Source: Candidatus Latescibacterota bacterium (GTDB lineage: Bacteria; Latescibacterota; UBA2968; GCA-2709665). Taken from it: DNA of 64,000 nt. How positions within the stretch are numbered: the stretch's first letter is position 1; each line of letters starts with the position of its first letter. Location of the stretch: the NCBI GenBank assembly GCA_965219995.1, contig CBDCOX010000002.1:3680001-3744000 (forward strand), in the 5' to 3' direction. This document shows, piece after piece, positions 1 through 8,251 of this stretch. The notes below the pieces were generated by a model that saw nothing but the letters and a program-made list of their open reading frames with translations, made no database searches and had not been told where the DNA came from. Both the position numbers and the translations under genes were made by a program.

Positions 1-93
1 GCGATAGCAGCGTACGGAAGCAGTTGAGTTGCGTCTTTAAGAGTTTCCATTCACCTCTGGAACGGACGACCTGCCAACCATATCGGAGCAGCC

Positions 94-378
94 ATGATGA
101 ACACTGACGACGAAAAAATCGGATCGATGAGAAGCGCGGTCGATATGGATATCATTGGCGATAACATATCGGATATCGCTGAATTTACGATTGAGAAGTA
201 CGAATTCAAAAACGACAATACCCTCTCTTCCGAGGTGCGCAAAAATGCAGTCGCCACGATTGAGGAGGTCCTGTGGCAGCAGGTCGCGGAGTTGAACCTG
301 TTGCGCAAGCAGTACCTGGCCGGGATGTTCAGCCTGGCAGAAGAGACGCTTGGTGACGTCGTCGATCAACGTCGATAA
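94..378 (+). CDS. hypothetical protein (94 aa)
   Basis: GGAG 5 nt before ATG; acidic, helical, protein-like composition; no family recognised. Confidence 0.6.
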   Translation: MMNTDDEKIGSMRSAVDMDIIGDNISDIAEFTIEKYEFKNDNTLSSEVRKNAVATIEEVLWQQVAELNLLRKQYLAGMFSLAEETLGDVVDQRR

Positions 379-484
379 GACACGTTTCCGAACTTGCGGA
401 GCGTTCGCAAGCGGCAGTCAAGCATAGATGCATTCGCCCCGGGGACGTGGAATCCCGAGGTGGCGACACGCGGTCTTTGTATTC

Positions 485-579
485 GAAGAAGCCCTTTTTT
501 TATTCCGGATCAAGCGCGGAATGCGAACGTATGAGCGATCGCCGCGCCGGCGTCCATGGGATCTTAAAAGGGCTTCTTC
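485..579. repeat. 14-bp perfect inverted repeat enclosing 67 nt
   Basis: GAAGAAGCCCTTTT (485-498) and AAAAGGGCTTCTTC (566-579). Confidence 0.7.
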
Positions 580-638
580 AATTCTTGGAATGGACGCGAC
601 AGGAACAGACGCAGACCTCTCCCTCCGGCCCCCCAAAA

Positions 639-809
639 GCGGTGAGAGGGTAGAGGGGAGACGGTAGAGGATGTGATTGCCCTGTGCGGTTTCATATCTT
701 GCCAGAGGCATTAGGGAGAAACCAATCGGGCAAGGGTTTCATCTACCGTCTTGCGTCTCACGTCTCACCGCTTTCAGGTTTTCATGCTACCGACTCACGT
801 CTTCCCACT
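639..809. repeat. heptamer-arm mosaic element, copy D (spacer S1 inverted)
   Basis: GCGGTGAGAGGGTAGAGGGGAGACGGTAGA arm, then reverse complement of spacer S1 seen at 51612/54263/59475, then TCTACCGTCTTGCGTCTCACGTCTCACCGC arm. Confidence 0.85.
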
Positions 810-864
810 TTCTTCTACGGAAGCAGCGTAGAGTCGTAATGATCCCGAAGGACCCAATCGCCGG

Positions 865-893
865 TTGATTTGTTCTCGATATTTCAATATTCT
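865..893 (+). promoter_or_regulatory. sigma70-like promoter of the permease
   Basis: TTGATT-N17-TATTCT. Confidence 0.55.
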
Positions 894-954
894 TGAGGTG
901 CGAAAGCGAACATACCCTGGAAGTGCCCGAAGCGTGGACCGGAAAGGCCTCTGA

Positions 955-2691
955 ATGGCAGACCGATCAAGCGACAGAATCCGATACGAACCGGACGAAC
1001 CTTGCCGTTTCCTCGAGGCGATTGGCGTCGGGATACAGGGTATCATCATCGGGCTGGCGCCGACGGTCCTGATCGTGGCCGTCACTGCCGTCGCCGCAGG
1101 TCAGGACGATCGTTACCTTTCGTGGGCCGTCTTCGCGGCGCTCATTATCAGCGGGTTGGCCACCGTGCTGCAGGCGGCGAGGATCGGGCGGCTCGGCGGC
1201 GGTCACATGCTGATCATGGGCGCATCGCCCAACTTCATTGCGGTCTCGGTCCTGGCCATCGAAGCGGGCGGAGCGGCCATGCTCGCAAGCCTCATCGTCC
1301 TTTCGTCACTCTTCTACCTCGGTGTCGCGGCGTGGCTTCCGCAACTGCGGCGTATCATTACGCCAGTCGTTTCCGGCACGGTACTGATGCTGATTGCCGC
1401 GATGATCCTTCCCATCGCGTTCGACCGGCTGAAAGAAGTACCCGAGGGGGCATCGGCGGCCGCCGGTCCGACCGTGGCGGCCGTGACCCTGGCTGTATCC
1501 ACGGTATTGATGTTGCGGGGTTCCGCAGCCTGGCGGCCCTGGTCGCTGTTAATTGGAATCGCGGCGGGCTGCGTCTCCGCTGCTCCGTTCGGGCTTTACG
1601 AATTCGATCGGCTGACCGCGGCGTCGTGGGTGGGGGTTCCCCACAGCGGGTTTCCCGGATTGGATCTGACACCGACCGAAGGCTTCTGGGCGCTTCTGGC
1701 GATGTTTCTTATCGTCACCCTCGTACAGGCGATCAAGGGTATCGGCGACGGGATGGTCGTTCAACAGGTATCGCGCCGCCGGATCCGGGCGACGGATTTT
1801 CGGCTGATCCAGGGCTCAACCTATGCCAATGCGGTTGGCATTCTGCTTTCGGGCATTGCCGGGACACCGCCCACGACCTCCTATTCGTCATCCACCGTGT
1901 CGCTGATCAACCTTACCGGAGTTGCCGCGCGGGGCGCCGGATACGCCGTGGGATGCCTTCTCGTTGTGCTGGCGTTCTTTCCCAGGGTAACGGGTCTCCT
2001 GCTGGTGATTCCCAGCCCGGTCATGGGGGGGTTCCTGCTGGTTGCCATTGGCATGCTCTTCGTGGAGGGGATCCAGACCCTCTCGCGGGCGGGCCTCGAC
2101 GCCCGGAAGGCCATCGTGGTCGGCCTGGCGTTCTCCATCGGACTCGGGATGCAAGGCAACAACATCCTCGAGGACCTGTTGGGCAGACCCTGGGGCGTGC
2201 TGCTCGGCAACGGGATAACGGTCGGCACCGCCGCGGCGATCGCTTTGACCGTGTTCCTTGAACTGACCGGTCCGCGTCGCCGGCGCCTGGAAGCCCGGCT
2301 GGATATTTCGGATCTTCCCCGTATCGACGCGTTTCTGAGAGAGGTTGCGGACGGGATGGGATGGGACGCTGCCACGACCGGGCGGTTACGCTCCGCGGGC
2401 GAGGAGACCCTGGCGAGTCTTCTGGAGCCGGACAACCCGTATCCTGAGGAGGATGAGGCGCCGCGCCTGATTGTTGTCGCGCGGACGGAGGGAGAGGCCG
2501 TAGAAATGGAATTCGTAGCGGTCTTCGACGAAGAGAACCTGGGGGATCGTCTCGCGTATCTCGACGAACAGACGCAAACCCTGGACGAAAACGAGTTATC
2601 GTTCCGGATGTTACGGCATTACGCTTCTTCGGTCCGGCACCAGAAATACCACGGCATGGATATCGTGACCGTGCGAGTGGCACCCGCGTGA
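955..2691 (+). CDS. supE: NCS2/xanthine-uracil permease-like protein with C-terminal soluble domain (SupE-like)
   Basis: Many TM helices; NCS2-like motifs (SGLATVLQ, LRRIITPVVSGTV, IPSPVMGG); ~140-aa hydrophilic tail; close to supD/supB/supA. Confidence 0.75.
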   Translation: MADRSSDRIRYEPDEPCRFLEAIGVGIQGIIIGLAPTVLIVAVTAVAAGQDDRYLSWAVFAALIISGLATVLQAARIGRLGGGHMLIMGASPNFIAVSVLAIEAGGAAMLASLIVLSSLFYLGVAAWLPQLRRIITPVVSGTVLMLIAAMILPIAFDRLKEVPEGASAAAGPTVAAVTLAVSTVLMLRGSAAWRPWSLLIGIAAGCVSAAPFGLYEFDRLTAASWVGVPHSGFPGLDLTPTEGFWALLAMFLIVTLVQAIKGIGDGMVVQQVSRRRIRATDFRLIQGSTYANAVGILLSGIAGTPPTTSYSSSTVSLINLTGVAARGAGYAVGCLLVVLAFFPRVTGLLLVIPSPVMGGFLLVAIGMLFVEGIQTLSRAGLDARKAIVVGLAFSIGLGMQGNNILEDLLGRPWGVLLGNGITVGTAAAIALTVFLELTGPRRRRLEARLDISDLPRIDAFLREVADGMGWDAATTGRLRSAGEETLASLLEPDNPYPEEDEAPRLIVVARTEGEAVEMEFVAVFDEENLGDRLAYLDEQTQTLDENELSFRMLRHYASSVRHQKYHGMDIVTVRVAPA

Positions 2692-2714
2692 ATGAGTAAA
2701 ACGACCGAACCCCG

Positions 2715-3554
2715 TTACGAGTCGAGGTGCGCCCGGTATTCCTCCAGCAGCGCGGCGGCTCCCGCCCGGATGAACCCCAATTCCGACGTGGCTTCGAAGA
2801 AGGCGGCTCCCTTTCGGGCCCACTCGCCGGCGGCGCAGCCGCTCCAGGGCATGGTGCCGAAGGCCACGCCGTTCTCTTTGCAGAGTTCCAGAACCGTTTC
2901 CATCGGACCAAGCACCTCGGGGTGATCGAAGTCACCGGGATGACCGAACTCGATGGAAGTGTCTCCCGGCCCCACGAAGCACATGTCGACCCCCGGAAGG
3001 CTCAGAATCTCCTCTGAGTTACGATACCCTCGCACCGTTTCCAGATGCACCACCAGCGCGGTCTCCCGGTCCTGCTCGTCCATCCATCCCCGCCAGTCCG
3101 TTACCTCCCTGTAGTCGCTGTTGCCCCATCCCGGCGCCACGGCCCGGGTTCCCGCCGGGGGAAATTTAAGGTAGCTCAGCAGCCGCTGGACCTCCTCGCG
3201 CGTCTCGGTTCTCGGAAGCTGGATTCCCACCACGCCCGCTTCCAGCAGTTTCGAGACCTCCTGGCGTTCCAGTTGGGGCGTCTTTGCGATGACGGGCAGT
3301 CCGTTGTCCCGGGCAGCGAGAATGGTGTCGGCCAGGTCCTGCAGGTCGAAGAGGCTGTGTTCGTACTCGATGTAGACGAAGTCGAACCCGGCGTGCCGGA
3401 ACAACTTGACGAGGGACGGATGGGCATACGCTTCAATCGTCGCGCCGATCAACAGGTCCCCGCGTTTCATCCGGGCCTTGAGGTGGCGCCCCGGCCCACC
3501 ATCGGGGTACCAGGGATTGTCGACTCCCTTGCTGGTCGTGGAGAGTTGTGGCAT
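2715..3554 (-). CDS. HpcH/HpaI aldolase family protein
   Basis: GFDFVYIEYEH, GTRAVA, HLET, FVGPGD motifs; start set at ATG 3554 after GGAG. Confidence 0.85.
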   Translation of the reverse strand: MPQLSTTSKGVDNPWYPDGGPGRHLKARMKRGDLLIGATIEAYAHPSLVKLFRHAGFDFVYIEYEHSLFDLQDLADTILAARDNGLPVIAKTPQLERQEVSKLLEAGVVGIQLPRTETREEVQRLLSYLKFPPAGTRAVAPGWGNSDYREVTDWRGWMDEQDRETALVVHLETVRGYRNSEEILSLPGVDMCFVGPGDTSIEFGHPGDFDHPEVLGPMETVLELCKENGVAFGTMPWSGCAAGEWARKGAAFFEATSELGFIRAGAAALLEEYRAHLDS

Positions 3555-3660
3555 AGGGGCTCCCGGTTTCGGTTCGCGGTCGAACGAATCGGACCCGGAG
3601 TGCGACGTCATTCCTGTCAGACGGGTTTCCCGCCGCACCCGCGGTGACCGCACGGTCCAG

Positions 3661-4365
3661 TCAGATGGGGATCCTGGAGATCGAAATGTAGCCATTGAAA
3701 CAGGCGTCAACGTCGCTTCCGGGTTGTCGAGGACGCTCCTGATAGACGCCGGTATAGCGATAATCGCTGCCGCTTCGCTTGAACGTGATCGCCCGCGGGC
3801 TCCTGTCGACGGGAGTCAGTCGGGTTTCAAGACCCACCCTGTCGTGTTCCGGGTGGGGCAGATTCACGTTGAAAAAACACCCCGCTTCAAGTGTCTCGCT
3901 CAGTACCCTGTCCAGAACGAGTTGGAGCCGGTCTGCTGCAAGCGGCCAGTCTATGGACCGGCCTTTCGCTCTATATTGTGACAGGGCGATGGCCTTGCGT
4001 CCGAGAATCGCCGCCTCGCGGGCAGCGGCTACGGTCCCTGAATCGTAGACATCCACGCCAAGATTGCTGCCGTTGTTGATTCCGGAGAGCACCCGGTCGC
4101 CGTCGGGCGCCAGTTGGCTCAGGGCCAGGCGCACACAGTCGGCGGGCGTACCCCAGACCCTGAACCGGTTCTCAGTCTGGCGATCCACACGGATGGGTCC
4201 TTCGGTCGTCAATCTGTGTCCGACACCCGACTGCGGCTCCGCGGGCGCAACGACGACGACCTCACCCCACCGCGACGCCAGTCCAACCAGCGTTTCCAGA
4301 CCCTCCGCTTCAATGCCGTCGTCGTTCGTAACGATCAGTTTCACCAGGTTCTCTCGATCAGGCAC
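3661..4365 (-). CDS. surE: 5'/3'-nucleotidase SurE
   Basis: TNDDGI, QSGVG, GTPADCV, SGINNGSNLG, SGTVAAA. Confidence 0.92.
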   Translation of the reverse strand: MPDRENLVKLIVTNDDGIEAEGLETLVGLASRWGEVVVVAPAEPQSGVGHRLTTEGPIRVDRQTENRFRVWGTPADCVRLALSQLAPDGDRVLSGINNGSNLGVDVYDSGTVAAAREAAILGRKAIALSQYRAKGRSIDWPLAADRLQLVLDRVLSETLEAGCFFNVNLPHPEHDRVGLETRLTPVDRSPRAITFKRSGSDYRYTGVYQERPRQPGSDVDACFNGYISISRIPI

Positions 4366-4986
4366 TCATTGCGTCGTCGCCCCCGGCCCCGGAGCAACGT
4401 CCGGGTCCACCCGTCGCAGAGGTTTCTTCAACAGGCGGCCCCAGTATCTGTCATACGGATGGACGACCCGCACCCGTGCCGTCCCCCGGTAGACCGGCCG
4501 GCCCTCGTTTGCCCATCTGAAAATCGATCCTTCCAGATTGTAGATATTCTCAACTCCCTTCTCCATCAGAAATCCGGCAAGTTCGGACGAGCGGTACCCC
4601 ACCGAACAGTACAGCACGATCCGCCGGTTCCGGGGTGTGTCCTGAAGCACCTTCAATGCCTCGTCCTTCGAGCGGGCCGGACGGGCGCCGCGCAGGTGGC
4701 TGACCGCGAATTCATCCGGTTCCCGTACGTCCAACAGCATGAGATCTTCGCGCTTCGGCGATCCGTCGAGCCACGACTGCAGGGTATCGGTAGAGATATG
4801 GTCCACCTCGGGAAAACCGGCGCGGATCTTTTCCAGCGTTTCGGACCAGTGCGTGGCCGTATCGTCGGCTTCGACCTGCGCATCGACGCCGGGCGGCGCC
4901 AGGGCCGTAGCGCCGGTACAAATCGCAAGGTACAGTACGAGCGGAAGCGCCATCCGGAATCGAAGAAGGTCGGGTCGATTGCTCAC
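4366..4986 (-). CDS. rhodanese-like domain protein, probably exported
   Basis: LLDVRE...HLRGA, YCSVGYRS active-site loop, NLEGSIFRW; N-terminal hydrophobic stretch. Confidence 0.85.
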   Translation of the reverse strand: MSNRPDLLRFRMALPLVLYLAICTGATALAPPGVDAQVEADDTATHWSETLEKIRAGFPEVDHISTDTLQSWLDGSPKREDLMLLDVREPDEFAVSHLRGARPARSKDEALKVLQDTPRNRRIVLYCSVGYRSSELAGFLMEKGVENIYNLEGSIFRWANEGRPVYRGTARVRVVHPYDRYWGRLLKKPLRRVDPDVAPGPGATTQ

Positions 4987-5182
4987 TACCGGGAGTCCCC
5001 ACTGATCGCGTCAGGTTCCGCGCGCGCTGGCTGCATACGACCAGCAGTTGACAGATGACGGTTTTTGCGACGTGCGGGAAGGGCAACGGGCGTAATTCGG
5101 CGGTGCCCTCTTCTTTCGCCGGGAGGCGAAACGAAAAACCGGACAGGCGCGGAGCACGCCCGGCCTCGCGGTGGCGCGGGGG

Positions 5183-6112
5183 TCAGATCAGGGAATGGCT
5201 TTCGAGAAACTCACGCATCGCGGAGACACATTCCTCTGGCTGTTCCAGTTGGAGAAGGTGGGTTGTATCAGGCAGGAAATCGTAGTCAACCGTGAGAATA
5301 TGACTGAAATCCAGCGTTGGCAGATATGAGTAGGGCAGGGTAGGATCGGCGCCGATGACTTTTAGGGGACATAGAAATCTGTCGAAGTCGACCAAAACCG
5401 CAAACGTGCGGGCATAGTCTACGATTCGGGCTTCGAATTCACGCGGGCACCGGAGTACATAACCCTGCCCGTCCTCGCATTTGCGCAACGTTGTCCTTGC
5501 CACAAGTTCCAGAACCCCCGGCACGGCGCGCTGGTAGACCGGCAGGAATCTAAGGAGATCCGCAAACTGATGCCTGGAACTGAACCTGGGCGTCCGGCGC
5601 CGGGTCATCGCGGCCGTGCGCGTGACCGCGGCGTCGAATTCTTCGTAATCGTCATCCGGCTTGCAAAGAGGCGGATCGAACAGGACGCAAGCCGAGAACT
5701 CGCTGCCGAACGACGGTGACAAGAGCGAAATCAGTCCGGATACCGAATGAAATACGCCGATTTTCGGTTTTGAACCGTAGTGACGGTCGATCGCATCCAG
5801 AATCCGGTCATGATCCTGAACCAATGTTGGAATACTATGCTTCTGCAGATCGCCGACCCTGTTCCAACCATGGTTTCTGAGGTCGTAAACGAACAGGTCG
5901 AATTCGTCGATCAGGAGCGTCCAGAACGGATAATAGAGATCGATCGCCAGACCGTTGCCGTGGCTGAGCACAAGCCGCGGTCCATCCGGATTTCCGTGAC
6001 GGCGCAATACGGTGACGGTATCATCGTCGATCCAAACTTCGCGAATCGAAAGCGGCTCCGGTATTTCCCATACGGATTCTGGAGTTGTAGACAAGTCCTC
6101 GCTCTTTCTCAC
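5183..6112 (-). CDS. supD: alpha/beta hydrolase (SupD-like)
   Basis: SHGNG, YDLRNHG, nucleophile elbow FHSVS, THLLQLEQP; directly downstream of the ACP. Confidence 0.8.
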   Translation of the reverse strand: MRKSEDLSTTPESVWEIPEPLSIREVWIDDDTVTVLRRHGNPDGPRLVLSHGNGLAIDLYYPFWTLLIDEFDLFVYDLRNHGWNRVGDLQKHSIPTLVQDHDRILDAIDRHYGSKPKIGVFHSVSGLISLLSPSFGSEFSACVLFDPPLCKPDDDYEEFDAAVTRTAAMTRRRTPRFSSRHQFADLLRFLPVYQRAVPGVLELVARTTLRKCEDGQGYVLRCPREFEARIVDYARTFAVLVDFDRFLCPLKVIGADPTLPYSYLPTLDFSHILTVDYDFLPDTTHLLQLEQPEECVSAMREFLESHSLI

Positions 6113-6231
6113 GAGTCATCGTCGAACCGCCGACGTATTCGCCCGTTGAGCAAGCAGCGAATCTCAGGGAACCGGATGGCCTTGAAAGAAAGCGGTGTCT
6201 GCAATCAACGATCGCCGACCGCACCGCGTCT

Positions 6232-6477
6232 TCAGCCGGACTGGGAATCGACGTGCTCGATAAGGGCCTGGACGGTGTTCACGTTCGCACAGTCTTCGGG
6301 CGTAAACGAAACATTGAACTCGCGCGCGACGACTCGTCCGAAAGAAACGAGGTCGAGAGAGGACACGCCGAGATCGAGGAGGCTGACATTCAGGTTCTCC
6401 TCAAGCGCGATTGCCTGCCCGTCCACTTCGAGGTTGTCCGCGACAAGCTGTCTGATACGTTCTTCGGTAGACGCCAT
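6232..6477 (-). CDS. supB: free-standing acyl carrier protein (SupB-like)
   Basis: 81 aa, acidic, LGVSSLDLV phosphopantetheine-site motif; AAAGGA RBS. Confidence 0.85.
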   Translation of the reverse strand: MASTEERIRQLVADNLEVDGQAIALEENLNVSLLDLGVSSLDLVSFGRVVAREFNVSFTPEDCANVNTVQALIEHVDSQSG

Positions 6478-6521
6478 GGATACGATCCTTTCACTGAGGT
6501 GGATATTTTCGACGGAACGAA

Positions 6522-6550
6522 AATATAGAAATGGTCGTGCGTTATGTCAA
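6522..6550 (-). promoter_or_regulatory. sigma70 promoter for supB-supD
   Basis: Minus strand TTGACA-N17-TATATT. Confidence 0.75.
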
Positions 6551-6671
6551 ACCGTTTTTCTCCGGGCGGAATGAAGCGAAAAAAGGGAGTTTTGTATGGC
6601 GGCTAATTTGCTATATTGATCGCTCAAGTCACTCAACACGCGGAACGGCACCCCTTCAAGAGGTACACGCC

Positions 6672-7424
6672 ATGCCCCATCTCTCTGCCGCAGACAGAGG
6701 CTTCTTCAAAGAAAACGGCTGTCTCATGATTCGCGGCGTCCTAACGTCCGCTCAGACACGTGCCGCACAGGATGCACTGTGGAGTGGTATCGATGCGGAC
6801 CGCGCCGATCCGGCAACCTGGATCGACGCAGGTCCCCGTACTCCGGTGGCGGCTCACCATCCGGCCATCCGCGCCACGGTCCACGAGTCGCCCCTGTTCG
6901 AGATGATGGAAGAATTGGTCGGCAAGGGTCGACTCAATCCCGGCAATGCGGGTCCTGCGCTGGTCTACCCGTCCGGAGACAGGACATGGTCTCTGCCTGA
7001 ACGCGGACATCTGGACGGGTACTACACCCCTACCAACGGCGTGCCTGAAGGGACGGTCGGAAGTACGACCATCAACCTCACAATTTACGTGGACGACGTC
7101 GGATCCCGGGGCGGCTGCTTCACCTACTGGCCAGGCAGCCACCATGTGTCATACCAATACTTCAGAACGCATTCGCTGTTGTCGGTACGAGGCGGCAGCT
7201 CCAGCGACGTCTATCCTGAGGGAACGTTTCCGGAAGGACGTGAATTTACAGGCAAGGCCGGTGACGCCATCCTGTGGCACGCTCAACTCTTCCATACGGG
7301 ATCCAAAAACGTGAACCGCAATATCCGGATGGCGCTGATCGGCCGTTTTGCGCGCAAGGACGCAAACGATATTCGCTTTGAGACCTGCGATGACCAATGG
7401 GCTCACTGGGAAGGGATCAACTGA
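6672..7424 (+). CDS. phytanoyl-CoA dioxygenase (PhyH) family Fe/2OG dioxygenase
   Basis: FFKENG, HLD...LFHTGSKN...R facial-triad pattern; GAGGT RBS before ATG 6672. Confidence 0.85.
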   Translation: MPHLSAADRGFFKENGCLMIRGVLTSAQTRAAQDALWSGIDADRADPATWIDAGPRTPVAAHHPAIRATVHESPLFEMMEELVGKGRLNPGNAGPALVYPSGDRTWSLPERGHLDGYYTPTNGVPEGTVGSTTINLTIYVDDVGSRGGCFTYWPGSHHVSYQYFRTHSLLSVRGGSSSDVYPEGTFPEGREFTGKAGDAILWHAQLFHTGSKNVNRNIRMALIGRFARKDANDIRFETCDDQWAHWEGIN

Positions 7425-8191
7425 TGCAACTCGTCTTCAGCCCGACGATCTGTCCGGATCTGCGTCTGCCCCAGGTTCTGGATCTTGCCCGAACGGCAGG
7501 TTTCTCCAGCGTGGAACTCTTCCGCGCGTACACGGAGAGCACACCCGTCCATCCGGACTGGTCCGTGCCCATGGTCCGCTCTGCCGTCACGGACGCGGGA
7601 ATGCAGCTTGCCGGCCTCAATATCCGCAACCTTACCGGCAGGAAGGCCGACTCCGACGAGCGCAACCTCGCTTACAACCTGCGCCAGCTCGAATGGGACA
7701 TCCACCTGGGGCGCGCACTCGGTACGTGTACGCTGAATACGAGCGGAGGGGACCGCACATCAGAAGCGCTCGATGACCTTATCGAAGGCGTTAACACGCT
7801 TCTGCGAAACATCCCCGGTATTGTCCTTAACCTGGGCAATAAAACGGGCAACCGCCTCCAGGGTCCGGCTGACTTTCAGGCGGTCCTGCCCGACTTGCCG
7901 GAACGGGCGCGCGTTCTCGTGGACACCGGCCACCTGCTCTCGGCGGGTGAACCGATCATGCCGTTTGCCGAAGCGTTTGCCGGGCGAATCGGTCACGTCC
8001 ATCTGCGGGACCAGCAGGGCGGGAAGCCCGTGCCGTTCGGCGAAGGAGATCTGCCGTTTGCTGAACTGCTGAATCTGTTATCCGACAGCGACTATAATGG
8101 ACCGCTCGTGATTGAACTCGAGGGCGTCGATTGGGATGAGCCATTGCAGGCCGTCGTTTCCGCCCGCCGATACGTCGAAGCCATGCTCTGA
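7424..8191 (+). CDS. sugar phosphate isomerase/epimerase (TIM barrel)
   Basis: DTGH, HVHLRD, FGEGDLPF, VIELE; TGATG overlap with phyH. Confidence 0.85.
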   Translation: MQLVFSPTICPDLRLPQVLDLARTAGFSSVELFRAYTESTPVHPDWSVPMVRSAVTDAGMQLAGLNIRNLTGRKADSDERNLAYNLRQLEWDIHLGRALGTCTLNTSGGDRTSEALDDLIEGVNTLLRNIPGIVLNLGNKTGNRLQGPADFQAVLPDLPERARVLVDTGHLLSAGEPIMPFAEAFAGRIGHVHLRDQQGGKPVPFGEGDLPFAELLNLLSDSDYNGPLVIELEGVDWDEPLQAVVSARRYVEAML

Positions 8192-8251
8192 GTCGGCTCG
8201 CCGCGCAGTCCGTCTGTCGTACTCCATCGTCCCGCGGCCGCCGGACCCACG

